DNA of 64,000 nucleotides, counting the filler, from Stramenopiles sp. TOSAG23-3 (taxonomy: Eukaryota), in the NCBI GenBank assembly GCA_900128585.1. It is 18 parts of 18 records of this genome, joined end to end, with 100 filler letters (N's around TTAATTAATTAA, not from the genome) between each part and the next. Parts side by side here need not be neighbours in the genome. Positions count along the whole stretch, not along the records: positions 1 to 3,479 come from LT644197.1; positions 3,580 to 7,058 come from LT644198.1; positions 7,159 to 10,635 come from LT644199.1; positions 10,736 to 14,209 come from LT644200.1; 14 more parts are not named here. One strand, 5' to 3'. A program made the translations under genes and the position numbers. This document shows, piece after piece, positions 1 to 11,172 of this stretch. Every line of letters starts with the position of its first letter. Positions within the stretch are counted from its first letter, which is position 1. Under the pieces are notes generated by a model that saw only the letters and a program-made list of their open reading frames with translations, searched no databases and was not told the origin of the DNA.

Positions 1-592
1 GTTCCTGAACACAGCAGAGGATTTGGAAGGAGAGAGCGATGGAGGGAAATTCGTGCAAACGCTCGCGGCCCTGGAAGCAAGCTTGAAAGACCTGGAGAAC
101 CAAGAAAGCCTTTTGGGTGAAGGGGAGCGTGGCGTAGCCTCGGTGGATACCTTTATAGAAACAAAGTACAACGCGAGTTTCAACGGAGGACAAATAACGA
201 GCATCCATGGGTTAGGAATATCGGCACGGCTTGCCCAAACGCTGTGCGGGATGTTTTCTTTGCCGTACGCCGCTGTGAATGCTGCGTTGTTTTTGCCATT
301 GCTGAAAGCTCGCATTTCGCACTATGCTGAAAAGCAACGTGGTGCAGAGGTGATGGCCCGTCTAGAAAATGTTGCACGAATGGTGTGTCGTGACAATGCC
401 GCATCCGTCGAAGATTTTGTTCGTAAGCTAGAGAGTACTTACAGTGTGCTTGGGATCAAGAGTCTGAAGGATCTCGAAATGTCGAAAGAAGACGCCGACG
501 TGGCAGTCTCGTTAATTTTTGCAGAAGAAGACTTGGACACAGTTCAAGAAATGGGCAGGGAGAAACTAGTAACCTTGTTGACGGAAGGGTAG
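1..592 (+). CDS. 5'-truncated protein resembling the C-terminal domain of iron-containing alcohol dehydrogenases, metal-binding His residues apparently lost
   Basis: GLGISARLAQTLCGMFSLPYAAVNAALFLP resembles GLGxxHxxAHxLGxxxxxPHGxxNAxxLP; the LGIKSLKDLEMSKED tail also fits. Confidence 0.5.
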   Translation, partial: FLNTAEDLEGESDGGKFVQTLAALEASLKDLENQESLLGEGERGVASVDTFIETKYNASFNGGQITSIHGLGISARLAQTLCGMFSLPYAAVNAALFLPLLKARISHYAEKQRGAEVMARLENVARMVCRDNAASVEDFVRKLESTYSVLGIKSLKDLEMSKEDADVAVSLIFAEEDLDTVQEMGREKLVTLLTEG

Positions 593-699
593 AGAGAGCA
601 GAGAGCTAAAACATTAAAAATTGAATGTCTTGTAAATGTAATTTCAAGAGACGCTTGTGAGGAAGCAGATACGCCACATTCCTGGCAGTTAATACCCCG

Positions 700-833
700 A
701 CCAATGTTTTGTTATTTTAATAACAGCCAATTTTCTTGTTGCAAACGTAGAATGTCTAAATATAGAGTTCAGTTCACAGTACATTAATTAACATATGATA
801 CTAAAATATAACAGCCAATTTTCTTGTTTTTAA
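700..833 (-). repeat. 3'-flank repeat family: copies at 719-740 and 808-833 plus shared block 750-789
   Basis: Reverse complement of AACAAGAAAATTGGCTGTTAT; 750-789 matches 56873-56912 at 38 of 40 positions. Confidence 0.9.
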
Positions 834-838
834 ATCTT

Positions 839-3049
839 TTAGTCCTCCTCTGCTTTTTTATTTACATGCGCGTCTTCTTTCGTGCGAACGTTCGATTCTA
901 TCCGGGACAGAACGTACCGTGGGTGTGGGACATTCAACGTTTTGTGCAGCTCCTTGGACTGCTTCTTGAATGCCTTTTTCGCTACCTTTGCAACGCTCTT
1001 GTCAACGTGTGAGATTTCTGTGTTTATCACATTGAACGCGCTGTCCAATGCAACACTGGCCTCTTCCAGTCGACCGAGATGGGCCAATGCGGTTGCCTGA
1101 AGGGAGAGCACTTGCAAATAATCGTAGTCCAATGTCATCAGATCGTTCAGGGACGCACTGGTCCTTTCTTTGTTAATTATTTCTACTGCAAGTGCGCAAT
1201 GCTCGATGATCAGTTCAAACTCTCTCTTTTGTAACTCTTCGCTGCTTCTTGCCGGGGCACGGCGCATTGCTTTCTCCGCTTGTTGAAGGTGCAAGCGCGA
1301 AATGTGAATGGGGTCCGAGCGGTGGGGGTCGTGCTCCATCTCTAGGTACGTGGATGAGCGCTCAGACACCCCGCTTGTTTTCGAAATATGCAACTTCGAT
1401 TCATCCACCTCGCCTTCCATGGACATCCATTGGTTCCGTGTCATGTCGTAATCGTCAAAAAAGTGAACCTTCTTCTCGCTCGATGGCGCGCAAAGCTCCG
1501 TTGCGAGCAACTGAGTATACGCCATGGTCGCGAAATTGTACTTGCCCCGCAACGAAATGCAAGCCGACAGCATTACCAAGTAGGAGATGCAGGGGTACGC
1601 CAACTCTGTTTTCATTTCGTGTCGGCAAATGTCCAGCTTGCTAAACACAAAACTTTCATATGCAGATTTCAACAAAATGTTGCTCAAGGAGGTACTTTCG
1701 TAAACCCCCATGGTTTGGCAATCCTGGAGGTGCGATGCTTCTTGGACAAGGTCTTCGTAGCGCACTTGGTTTCGAACCACCGACCCACCGGCGGCCTTCG
1801 TCACGCTGTTCTGTGAGACACTTTTGACGTTCCCGTGCATTTGGGAGTGTAGCATAGACAACGAATTGGGGCTGTAGCGGTTTATCATGGCCCAAGTGCT
1901 TTCCAGTACACTTACTTCGTCAACGACTTCGCTGCGAGGGGAAGTCGACATAACACCATTGTTATCGGTAGAAGCCTTGCCATCAACCGTCTCGATTTCA
2001 GCAAGCGAGGACAAGAGGGACTGGTGCTCCTCTTCCAGGCCGGACAATTCCTCCGTCATTGCAACAATATCTTTCCGGGCGTAGGAAATATCTTTCTTGA
2101 GCTGTGTCACATAGTTGGACACGTACATCTTCTCTCGCTTTAGTTCGAACGTCGTGCCGAGCACCACTGCCCCCTCGACGGACGACTTCACAGCCCGAAG
2201 CTTATTCCCGTCGCATTTCGGTTCAAAAATTGAATACAATTTTCCAGTGTAATCTTCGCCTTCGTTGTAATGGTTTCCCCACGGGTAAAGGGCGTTTTCC
2301 GTATCGCTTGAGACGTTCAACAAATGGTGCGTGCGCCGTAATGACGACGTAGATACTGGTTTCATGTTCATCATAACCGTGTTCCGGGTCAATGAACGAC
2401 TGGAGTTGGGGGTCGAGGCGTTGGCCTTCGTATCACCGGGCGAGACTGGAGCACCCGGTTTGGTGGCCGCTTTTGCCACCAGGCTCCGTGCTCGCTCTTG
2501 TAGCTCCTCTTTGTGAACGTTCATCTGGTGCATTTGTGTCGCCAACTTCCTGATCGTTTCTCTTTGTGCCTCTATTTTGATTCGCCGGTTGGCCATATCC
2601 ATTTCCAATTCTTTCAACAGACATGCAATTTCAGTTGCCAAGACAATGCTGGCACTCGTCTCGTCGCTGTCTTGGGGGAAATGACTGTCGACCCCGCTCA
2701 ACGAGCACACGTCGTTGCACAGCCCCTCGTACATTTTTACGTGGTGCTCTACGGCGTCCAGGGCCTGGGTAAGGAGTGTCATGTGTTCGACATGCTGCAT
2801 TTTCTCCCTTGGCATCTTGTACAACGCCTTGGTCAGCCCGCTTTTGTCCTTGCTCAACCACGGCGCGGTAAAGCTGTATTCTCCATTTTTCGTCAGTTCG
2901 CACCAGTCGGTCCCTATCGAAACGTTCATATTGTCGATCCAATTTTTGTATTCTCCCTCCAACCATGTCCGGAGGAACGGCGTGGTGAACGCGCACGGCA
3001 GGTCGAACACTTCCGTGCCCAGTTCCTCCACCTTTTCCTGATCGTCCAT
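839..3049 (-). CDS. Hypothetical coiled-coil protein with a C-terminal TPR-like helix pair; 5' end uncertain (frame open to 3229)
   Basis: >700-codon uninterrupted ORF; heptad-rich segments; ATALAHLGRLEEA TPR-like motif. Confidence 0.7.
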   Translation of the reverse strand: MDDQEKVEELGTEVFDLPCAFTTPFLRTWLEGEYKNWIDNMNVSIGTDWCELTKNGEYSFTAPWLSKDKSGLTKALYKMPREKMQHVEHMTLLTQALDAVEHHVKMYEGLCNDVCSLSGVDSHFPQDSDETSASIVLATEIACLLKELEMDMANRRIKIEAQRETIRKLATQMHQMNVHKEELQERARSLVAKAATKPGAPVSPGDTKANASTPNSSRSLTRNTVMMNMKPVSTSSLRRTHHLLNVSSDTENALYPWGNHYNEGEDYTGKLYSIFEPKCDGNKLRAVKSSVEGAVVLGTTFELKREKMYVSNYVTQLKKDISYARKDIVAMTEELSGLEEEHQSLLSSLAEIETVDGKASTDNNGVMSTSPRSEVVDEVSVLESTWAMINRYSPNSLSMLHSQMHGNVKSVSQNSVTKAAGGSVVRNQVRYEDLVQEASHLQDCQTMGVYESTSLSNILLKSAYESFVFSKLDICRHEMKTELAYPCISYLVMLSACISLRGKYNFATMAYTQLLATELCAPSSEKKVHFFDDYDMTRNQWMSMEGEVDESKLHISKTSGVSERSSTYLEMEHDPHRSDPIHISRLHLQQAEKAMRRAPARSSEELQKREFELIIEHCALAVEIINKERTSASLNDLMTLDYDYLQVLSLQATALAHLGRLEEASVALDSAFNVINTEISHVDKSVAKVAKKAFKKQSKELHKTLNVPHPRYVLSRIESNVRTKEDAHVNKKAEED

Positions 3050-3104
3050 AAGTTCTGCCAAAAAGTCCGTTTGGCGAAGACTGTTGAAATTTTTCCAATA
3101 GTTG

Positions 3105-3479
3105 ATGGAAAGCACTTCCGCGGGAGACTTGACGTTGGCCCGGGACTCCAGGTGCTCCAATCCTGGGGCAGTGAATGTGAACGCCAGAGACACGAGCCAG
3201 TTCGGGCACAACCGTACGATGCTGCACAAGGCCGCTGCCCACGGACGGGTAGACGTGACCCGAATGCTCCTGTCTCGAGGGGCCGACCCGGATGCGTTCG
3301 ACGCCCAGCGACGGACGCCGCTGTCCTGGGCCGCACGGCACGGCCACTCCGCGATTGTCCAGCTGCTCTTAGATTTTGGGTGTGAATTCTACATGGTGGA
3401 CGCGCGCGGAAAACGGCCGCTAGACTTGGCCATCGAAGAGGACAACATGGAAAGCAAGGCGATCCTCGAACGCATGACG
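3105..3479 (+). CDS. Ankyrin-repeat protein fragment
   Basis: TMLHKAAAHGRVDVTRMLLSRGADPD, TPLSWAARHGHSAIVQLLL, GKRPLDLA. Confidence 0.85.
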
Positions 3480-3579
3480 NNNNNNNNNNNNNNNNNNNNN
3501 NNNNNNNNNNNNNNNNNNNNNNNTTAATTAATTAANNNNNNNNNNNNNNNNNNNNNNNNNNNNNNNNNNNNNNNNNNNN
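3480..3579. other. Artificial contig spacer (N44-TTAATTAATTAA-N44), first of 17; others start at 7059, 10636, 14210, 17781, 21350, 24917, 28484, 32050, 35616, 39181, 42745, 46309, 49868, 53427, 56985, 60543
   Basis: Identical 100-nt spacers with a six-frame stop linker; contig lengths between them decrease from 3479 to 3458 nt. Confidence 0.99.
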
Positions 3580-3658
3580 TGGGAAGCTGGGAAGCTGGGA
3601 AGCTGGGAAGCTGGGAAGCTGGGAAGCTGGGAAGCTGGGAAGCTGGGAAGCTGGGAAG
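3580..3658 (+). repeat. (TGGGAAGC)n 8-mer tandem repeat, ~10 copies, at contig start
   Basis: Directly visible. Confidence 0.95.
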
Positions 3659-4277
3659 AAGAAAAAAGAAGAAGAACAGTGCCCTCCTTGTCTTTTAATG
3701 TATTAGGTACGGGTAAGGTACCGGGTACCCGTGACTGTATACATGGGTATAATATAAATACAAGGTAGCCTATGTCAACAAGAATATTAATATAATAAAT
3801 GCTTATTACTCCTTAAATTATTAACCAATCTCCTCTTTTCAAAAATATATCTACCTACATACCACAGCAAGGAGGTGAAATTCTTCCTTCTTTTTTTTTT
3901 GTTTCTTCCATTCTTCTTCTTCTTCTTTATATTTTTTTTCCATCACCACCGATAATAATACCAGTTATCAGGTTGGGTGCCGGTATAGGTATTATTAATA
4001 CAGGTATAATTACCAGGTACCTCCTGTACCGTAATATAACAACAAGGAGGCACCACCACCGACCGGTGGTAGTAATTTTAAAAAAATCTACTACTACTAT
4101 ACTTTTTTTTTTAACGGAGAGGGAAGTTCTTTTTTAATATTTTTGGTTTCTTGATATGAATAAATGTATATGAAATGGACGTACAAGCGATAGGATTTAC
4201 ATTTGGAATTTAATGTAAGGTTCTGAGGGTATAGATACTTTGTGTCTATTGCCAAATACAAGTGAAGGCACACGACG

Positions 4278-5348
4278 ATGACAAAACCGGTCACTCAAGG
4301 GTCGGGGGACGACGAGGAGACGCAGGCGCCCAACCTGCCGCCTGCACCCGACTTCAAATTTTCTAAAGTTGTAAAGGGCATGAACGATGTTCTTGCTTCT
4401 GTTGGTGGTTCGGTGGAAATAAAGCGTAAAAAGGCAAACGGGGTGGTAGAAGAATGCGAAGACCAAGAGGGGACACTAAAAGTAGCCGACTTTCGTCTGA
4501 AAGCTCGGGCTACGCAACATAGCATGCAGAATTTATCGTATTCAGAGAAGAAGGCCTGGGTAAATGCCAGAAAAATTGAAGGCAATCAATACTACAACGA
4601 GCAGGACTATGATAATGCAATAAGCAAATACATGGAAGCTGTTATGGGCGTAGCATCTGGAACAACGGAGGAGGAACAGGAAGACGCTGCCCTTACTTTG
4701 CAAGTGCCACTGTTAACGAACCTGTCCGTGTGCATGATGGCAAAGGAAAAATGGGGAAAGGCCCGGTCGCTTTTAGACGAAGCAATTGAGCTGTTTGAGA
4801 AACAATCCTCGGTTACAGGGCATTTTCGTGTGATCGTAAAGGCGCATTGGCGGAGAGGGCAGTGTTTTGTACAAATGGGGCTGTTGAAGAATGCTTCGAA
4901 AGATTTTCGAGCAGCTCTAAAGCTCTCGGAAGCCAATGCGTTAGACGACTTAGCAGGTAGTATCAAGCACTCAATGCGCGACGTTAGGAGAAGGGTTGAA
5001 AAAGACAGTAAATTTGCACAAAAAATGATGGGGTTACGAGAAGACAACAGGCGCGATACATCGGCGATTTTGTACGTAGACCGAATCAAAGAGGGTGGGG
5101 GCAGCATTAAAAGGAAAACAGATGGTTTAACGGAGAAAAAGGCAGACGTGGGTGCGTCTTTGGCAGAAGATAGCACTGCATTTTCAGATGTAAATTCAAG
5201 CGATGAAGAAGACTGCAGTGATTTGTCTCAACTTTTAGGGAAATCTGAGGCAGACAGAAAAGGGGGTGTCTGTGCCAGTATCGTGGTAACATTGAAACGC
5301 GTTGTTTGTAGGCGCACGGTTGCTGCTGTGAAAGAGAAAACGTCCTGA
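4278..5348 (+). CDS. TPR-repeat protein (co-chaperone-type three-TPR domain)
   Basis: KIEGNQYYNEQDYDNAISKY, LLTNLSVCMMAKEKWGKA, KAHWRRGQCFVQMG...DFRAALKL. Confidence 0.88.
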   Translation: MTKPVTQGSGDDEETQAPNLPPAPDFKFSKVVKGMNDVLASVGGSVEIKRKKANGVVEECEDQEGTLKVADFRLKARATQHSMQNLSYSEKKAWVNARKIEGNQYYNEQDYDNAISKYMEAVMGVASGTTEEEQEDAALTLQVPLLTNLSVCMMAKEKWGKARSLLDEAIELFEKQSSVTGHFRVIVKAHWRRGQCFVQMGLLKNASKDFRAALKLSEANALDDLAGSIKHSMRDVRRRVEKDSKFAQKMMGLREDNRRDTSAILYVDRIKEGGGSIKRKTDGLTEKKADVGASLAEDSTAFSDVNSSDEEDCSDLSQLLGKSEADRKGGVCASIVVTLKRVVCRRTVAAVKEKTS

Positions 5349-5470
5349 TCGTTTTCTTTTGATAAGAGGCAATTCTTACTAAGTATTTAATATTGTATTT
5401 TTAAATTGTGTAAAAAGCATTTTTTTCCTTGTCATTTCTTAAATATCTTGCTCTGATAAAACAAATTACA

Positions 5471-5497
5471 TAAACAAGAAAAATTGGCTGTTATTTT
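5471..5497 (+). repeat. 3'-flank repeat motif copy; degenerate opposite-strand copy at ~5770-5806
   Basis: TAAACAAGAAAAATTGGCTGTTATTTT. Confidence 0.85.
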
Positions 5498-5812
5498 ATA
5501 TAGCGTTTAAAAATAAAGAAAAAAGAAGGTGTCAGTTCAAGAACAATATCTCCTCCTATTGCAGATTACAATATAAGAGTATGTTTTTAATTAAGTCAAA
5601 AAAGAAGGTGAAACCGTTCAAGAACCCAAACTCCTCCTTGTTCCAGAATAAGACTCCTGGTATTCATCATTCAAACTATCATAAAATTGTTTGAGACAGC
5701 GGCTATTATTGTTTTGTAGATGCCTGGCTCTATCCCAAAACTATGATAATAATTTGTTTTTAAGAATAATTAAAACTTAAAATAACCGCCAGTATTTTGT
5801 TTTTAATAAAAA

Positions 5813-7058
5813 TTATCCTTCATTCAATTCGTTGTGTTCCCCTTCTTGGTCTTCTTCATGATCGCCATGGTGCCATTTGTGATCCTCGTGGTCTTCAGAA
5901 TCCGTGAGAAATGGGCTACATACGTGGTATTCCCCATCATCAAAAGCAATTGTGTACCAACCTGTCTTCGGGTCTTGAGAAAGTATTTCTCCATTGTAAA
6001 ATTGGCCTTCCCATTCAAAAAGCGTTGCTGTAACACGATCTCCGACTGCAAAATTATCAGTAGACGCTGGCGACCAGTTCGCCGATTCTACGTCCCCAAC
6101 AGTACAATTGTAAATTTCAAAATCATCATCAAAGACTACCTGGCATTCTCCGGTTTGCGAATCTTGTTCTAGCACGTGACCCTCGTAATAGTCACCACCA
6201 AAGTGTTCATGCGTTGCTCTGACATGGCTATTAATAGGAAACGATGTAAAATTAATTTGAGCTTTGTCGTTTTCTTTTGGAGCAGCTTCAACTGTAACTA
6301 ATTCGCTTTTTTCTACGTCTCCGGTGACTGATGTTAAATCGCCCACTTCGGTCTTAGGTGGCAATGCAATTGGTTCCTCCACTGTTGATGCCTCCTCTCT
6401 ACTCGCAACTATAGTGAACTGCATTTGACCACGACTTGCATACTCTTTCCGCTGAGAGTCCGAAAGGTGAAAACCATACGCTATAAAATTCGACAGCTCG
6501 TTCTGGTTAATCATAGAATCGCCATTGGTATCAATTTGGGATAAAAAGGCAGCACAATCGTCATGGCTAATTTCTGAATTCGAGAAGTGCACAAAAAGAC
6601 GTTGCAAATCTGCAGAGTCCAATGACCCTTTGTTACCAGTATCAAACCGTTCCCAGATAGAATCTAGAAACGAGTTTATGTTCTTCTCCTTTTCGGCCAC
6701 ATCTTCCTTCTTCAATATTGTTGGCGGTGCTTCTTTCTGGAAAACGACCATTTTGGATTCGATCCCATTGAAAAATTGGACCATAATCGCTTGCAATGGA
6801 CCCCGCTCGGAGTATTCTTTCTTCTGTTCAGCAGATAGTTTTACGCCAGTCTCAATGAAGTTTATCAATTCCGTGCGGTCGATTAAACCATTGCCATTTG
6901 CGTCCATTTGAGACGCCAACAATTTGATTTCTTCAATATCAATGTTGTCATTGCCTGTAATTTCCTCAATCAACAATTTCGCTTCGTTTGGGTTCAAATC
7001 TCCAGAATTGTCCGTATCGTACGTGATCCAAACAAAGTCCAAGTAGTTTTCTATGGAC
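5813..7058 (-). CDS. 5'-truncated protein with repeated EF-hand pairs and two C-terminal Tudor/Agenet-like domains
   Basis: DTDNSGDLNPNE, DANGNGLIDRTE, DTGNKGSLDSAD, DTNGDSMINQNE; FAVGDRVTA...FYNGEI...YTIAFDDG. Confidence 0.8.
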
Positions 7059-7660
7059 NNNNNNNNNNNNNNNNNNNNNNNNNNNNNNNNNNNNNNNNNN
7101 NNTTAATTAATTAANNNNNNNNNNNNNNNNNNNNNNNNNNNNNNNNNNNNNNNNNNNNCAAGTATTATTATGTATTATAAATATTATTCACGGGGGGGGG
7201 AGGAGGATCTCGGGTTCCGTACCTGGTAATAATAATATAGTACCTGTACCGTACTACTATTTTCTAGAAGAAGAAGAAGAAGAAGAAGAAGGAAGAAGAG
7301 AACACCTCCTCAAAAATATTTTAACCTAAATAGAACGGCCATTATTTTGCTTTTAAAAAAAAAAAAAAAACTAATGATATTATATATAACATATGATAGT
7401 CTAGTTGCTTTTAAAAATACTTTTTTTAAAAACAACAACAGCGCGCCATTCTTTTGTTTTAAAAAAGGGATATGTTCGCAGTAAACATGAAGAAGATACT
7501 AAATTAATTAAATTTTAAAACTATGTTACTTTGCCAATTTTTCGTTTTTAAATTTTTTAATAAAAGGGCCAAATATATATTCTGGTCTGTACAAGGGGCA
7601 GCAACAAAAAACGTTGAATTTGGAAACAGGAACAACTCCAGCCAACAATGATAATCATCA

Positions 7661-9832
7661 CTACCTCCCAGGGGATTCCCCTGTAGAGATAATTTGCATC
7701 AATGCCCTAACATTGTTCTTTTTAATTGCCTTCCGGCACTCTGAAACGACGAGGGTGCTAGGCTTTCCAATCCTAAGCCGCGCTGCTTTCTGTATGATGC
7801 CATTCAGCTCCTTTAAGTTTTTCATCAAGCTTTGGTGATTCGTCGCGCGCTTTGAATACTCGCGCAACAAATCGCTGTTGAGCCCGTACAATTCGGTATA
7901 AATTTTCTTCATTCGCTCTGGGTGGCCAAGGATTCGAGCGTCCTCCGCACGGACGACCAAGGTCTTCACCAAGTGAGAGTTGTCGGCCATTTCTGCGGTC
8001 AGCTTCTGACGCAAACCATTGAACCTGTCTACGTTCTCCAGGACTCCCTTCAGGGTCTCCATTTCTACAGGAAAATCTGCACTCGATTCTAACTGCCCTA
8101 TATTCAGCGTGCTCGCCATGTCCTGGACGAGGTCCCCGACGATGGCCATGTCATCGCAGCAAATTTCCACGCGAATGTTCCCATTCTCGTCGTTGGCAAC
8201 TTTGATCCTGAGCGGAAGGCCCGTCCTCAAGGACACCAGGTCCAGATCGATGGCCGCCGTTTCGTTCTTCAGGTGCTCGACGCCGGTCAGCTGATTGCTC
8301 AGCCAGGTCCCGATGCGGTTGATGGCCTTTTTGACGTAAAAGGTGCACTTGGAGGACGGTTTCCGGGACTTCTCCCTCGCAGGCGCAAACATACTAAACT
8401 TGGGCAACTTGTGGGAGATCTTAAATACGTGGAATTGCCTTGAGCTGCTCCGGGCACCGACCAAGGCGTGGATGTCTAGAACCGTCGCAACGTCTTTCTG
8501 GGGGCGCAGTGGTATGACCAGGGACTGCCCGGCTTGCTTGGGGTGGACGACGAGACTCTCCCCGTCGAACACGCCCCCGTCCATGCAATACACTACGCAA
8601 CACTTCACAATACTACTATTATTCGTCTTCAGGAGCAGCTCGATGTGGTGCTGATCATCGTTGATGCGCACTTCGAGGCCCAACGCAGTGTCCGGGGGGA
8701 TGATCGCGCTCCCACTGTCCCCTGTCTTTATCTGCCGGACGTTCCCTTGCAGCCCTTTCAATTTCATAAGCAGCTCTTGCTTCTCCTGCAAAAGGTTCTC
8801 GACCTCATCGTTCCCCTTTGTGTCGATCCCCAACGACGACCCGAACGAATCGTCGTGCGGTAGGAAGCCGCGAACGTTCCCGTCCTGGCTGCAAACGATG
8901 ATCTGGTCGCGACCGTCCAACCGGTAATCGGCACACTCCAATGCACTGATCGGCGCCCCCGCAGTCTCCTTGTACACCGTCTTCCCGCCCGTGTCCCGTC
9001 GCACTTCGAACTTTCCATTGGCCCATCCTGTGCACAGCTCCTTCACTCCGTCCCCGTCGAGGTCGAAGGCCTGCATCGCCGTGGAGCGGTTCTTTGTCTT
9101 TACCCTCCATACCCTGCTGCAATTGTTGTACACGCCGACCGTCCCGTTGTCCAGAGAGTACCCGTACAGCTGCCCCGTCAGGGGCTCGAGCCCCCTAACT
9201 TTGGACGTTTCCGTGAACTCGGCCAGGGCCTCCTCGCCTTTGAAATGCCGGATTTCATAGTCATCGCTTCCCACCAGCAGCTCGTTTTCCCCATCCCCAT
9301 TCACGTCCGCCACCGCCAGCGCGTACGCGTGGTCCCCACAAACGGTCCAAAACTCCTCCTTTCCCGTGTGACTGAAGCCGTGGATAGAGCAGTTGCCGCC
9401 CACGAGGGCCAGCGTGGGGGAATCTTTTTTGCCTCCGAGCTTCGTGCACAGCAAGCTGTCGATACCGTCCTGGACCTCCTTGTAGAACAAGTCCCTGTTC
9501 TCGTTCACGTTGTACGCCAGAAGGTTCGTTTTCGTCCCCACAAAAAGAGCATCTTTGCCTTCCATTTCAGGGTCGACGTCGCCCGCGGCAATGGCAGTGA
9601 TGTCGTTGTTGATGTTGAGGTAGGTGACCTTCTTGTCCGCCTGGGATTTTGTTGCCCCGCGCCCTTGGGAAATATCTTCAACGGACGACCGGTGCGGGTT
9701 GTGCATGAACACCTTCCCCCCGTTCGTACCGCAGGTCAACGACGGGGTCCGCCCATCGTACTTTCCGACCGCCGCAATGCCCGGCAAGATCGTGTTGTTC
9801 AAGGTAAACTTGAAGGTGGGGACTAGCGACAT
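7661..9832 (-). CDS. BBS2: Bardet-Biedl syndrome 2 protein (BBSome subunit)
   Basis: AVGKYDG..PSLTC, ALVGGNCSIHGF...EEFWTVCGD, ELLVGSDDYEIR, LTAEMADNS..VKTLVVRAEDAR, AARLRIGK. Confidence 0.95.
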   Translation of the reverse strand: MSLVPTFKFTLNNTILPGIAAVGKYDGRTPSLTCGTNGGKVFMHNPHRSSVEDISQGRGATKSQADKKVTYLNINNDITAIAAGDVDPEMEGKDALFVGTKTNLLAYNVNENRDLFYKEVQDGIDSLLCTKLGGKKDSPTLALVGGNCSIHGFSHTGKEEFWTVCGDHAYALAVADVNGDGENELLVGSDDYEIRHFKGEEALAEFTETSKVRGLEPLTGQLYGYSLDNGTVGVYNNCSRVWRVKTKNRSTAMQAFDLDGDGVKELCTGWANGKFEVRRDTGGKTVYKETAGAPISALECADYRLDGRDQIIVCSQDGNVRGFLPHDDSFGSSLGIDTKGNDEVENLLQEKQELLMKLKGLQGNVRQIKTGDSGSAIIPPDTALGLEVRINDDQHHIELLLKTNNSSIVKCCVVYCMDGGVFDGESLVVHPKQAGQSLVIPLRPQKDVATVLDIHALVGARSSSRQFHVFKISHKLPKFSMFAPAREKSRKPSSKCTFYVKKAINRIGTWLSNQLTGVEHLKNETAAIDLDLVSLRTGLPLRIKVANDENGNIRVEICCDDMAIVGDLVQDMASTLNIGQLESSADFPVEMETLKGVLENVDRFNGLRQKLTAEMADNSHLVKTLVVRAEDARILGHPERMKKIYTELYGLNSDLLREYSKRATNHQSLMKNLKELNGIIQKAARLRIGKPSTLVVSECRKAIKKNNVRALMQIISTGESPGR

Positions 9833-10547
9833 GGTCGGTTGTTGCCCTGTACCAAACAAAAATAAAACGACCAGACAAAAAAGGAACGTACACTACCACT
9901 CGTCACGTTCAAACCTTTCTTTCTTACGCACGCGCGCGCAATCAGACACAAAGAGAGAGTGAGAGGCAGAAACACACTCACAGAGCGATAGATAGATAGA
10001 AAGGAAGGAACAAATGTACAGTAGTGCTTTAATTTCATCATTATACATATATGTATATGTGCAATACATCGTAGGTCGTAGGTACGTAGAAAGAACCATT
10101 CCTCACTCGTTTCTTTTCTTTTCGTTTCGTTTCGTTTGATTATATTATTTTTTTCTTCTTCTCCTGCCTCCTCTCCTCTTCTTCTCCCTTTTCTCTCTTC
10201 ATCATATATTTTTTCAACAATAACAATAAAAAAAAATAATAAACAATGGTGTGTAAAGTATTTTAAATGACAGGGCTTCTCAATTACGTACTACCGTAGT
10301 CTTCTATAAATTATAAATAAAAGACTTCTTGTTTGAAATTTAATCGAATCCTACCTGTTATTTAGCTGTAAAATAGCTAAATAAATATATAATCAATTAA
10401 TTCAACCTTTTGCTGTCAGTTTGTTTATTAACATCGTATAAGCTCTATATACTGTACACTACGTAGAAGCAATAAGTAAAATATTTTATTCTCCTATATA
10501 TTTTGTACTTGTGAATAATATAGAATACATAGAATCCTTCTTTTAAA

Positions 10548-10635
10548 TTCTTCTTCCTTCTTCTTCTTCTTCTTCTTCTTCTTCTTCTTCTTCTTCTTCT
10601 TCTTCTTCTTCTTCTTCCTTCTTCTTCTTCTTCTT
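10548..10635. repeat. (CTT)n microsatellite at contig end; similar (AAG)n/(AAAG)n/(CCTT)n tracts at ~13735-13881, 14136-14209, 17583-17780, 21284-21349, 21620-21900, 22740-23130, 31920-32049, 42845-42923, 46213-46308, 57085-57161
   Basis: Directly visible; many coincide with contig breaks. Confidence 0.95.
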
Positions 10636-11172
10636 NNNNNNNNNNNNNNNNNNNNNNNNNNNNNNNNNNNNNNNNNNNNTTAATTAATTAANNNNNNNNN
10701 NNNNNNNNNNNNNNNNNNNNNNNNNNNNNNNNNNNATATAAAAAAGGATTTTTTATTGTATATGCTTTTTGTATTGTTTAAATAGGAAAAAATACTTTTT
10801 ATTATTATAATAAATATAATAGTAGTTAGTCGCTTTAATTAATAATATAAGACTTAAGTTAAGAAGAAGAAGAAGAAAGAAACAATAATAATATTATACA
10901 GAAGAAGAAGAAAGAGAAGAACTGTCAATAATAATAAAATAATAATAATATAATAATATAATAATAACATAATAATAATATATAAATAAAAAAAAGAAAA
11001 GAAGAAGAATGAAAAGAAGAAAACAATGAAGTCATCAAAAACTAATCGAAAGTCTAACTGTTCATAAAGGAAGAATAGAGGTTAAGAGAATAAACACCAT
11101 TTATAACATGTCTGAAATGAACATTTCACCTGTTGTATTGTATATTGCATTTTGTACTTTCTACGAACCACT

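Noticed and set aside
3580-3658. (TGGGAAGC)n as a possible telomere or CRISPR-like array
   Set aside because: No spacers; seen once; the G-rich strand points into the contig, opposite to a telomere at a left end.
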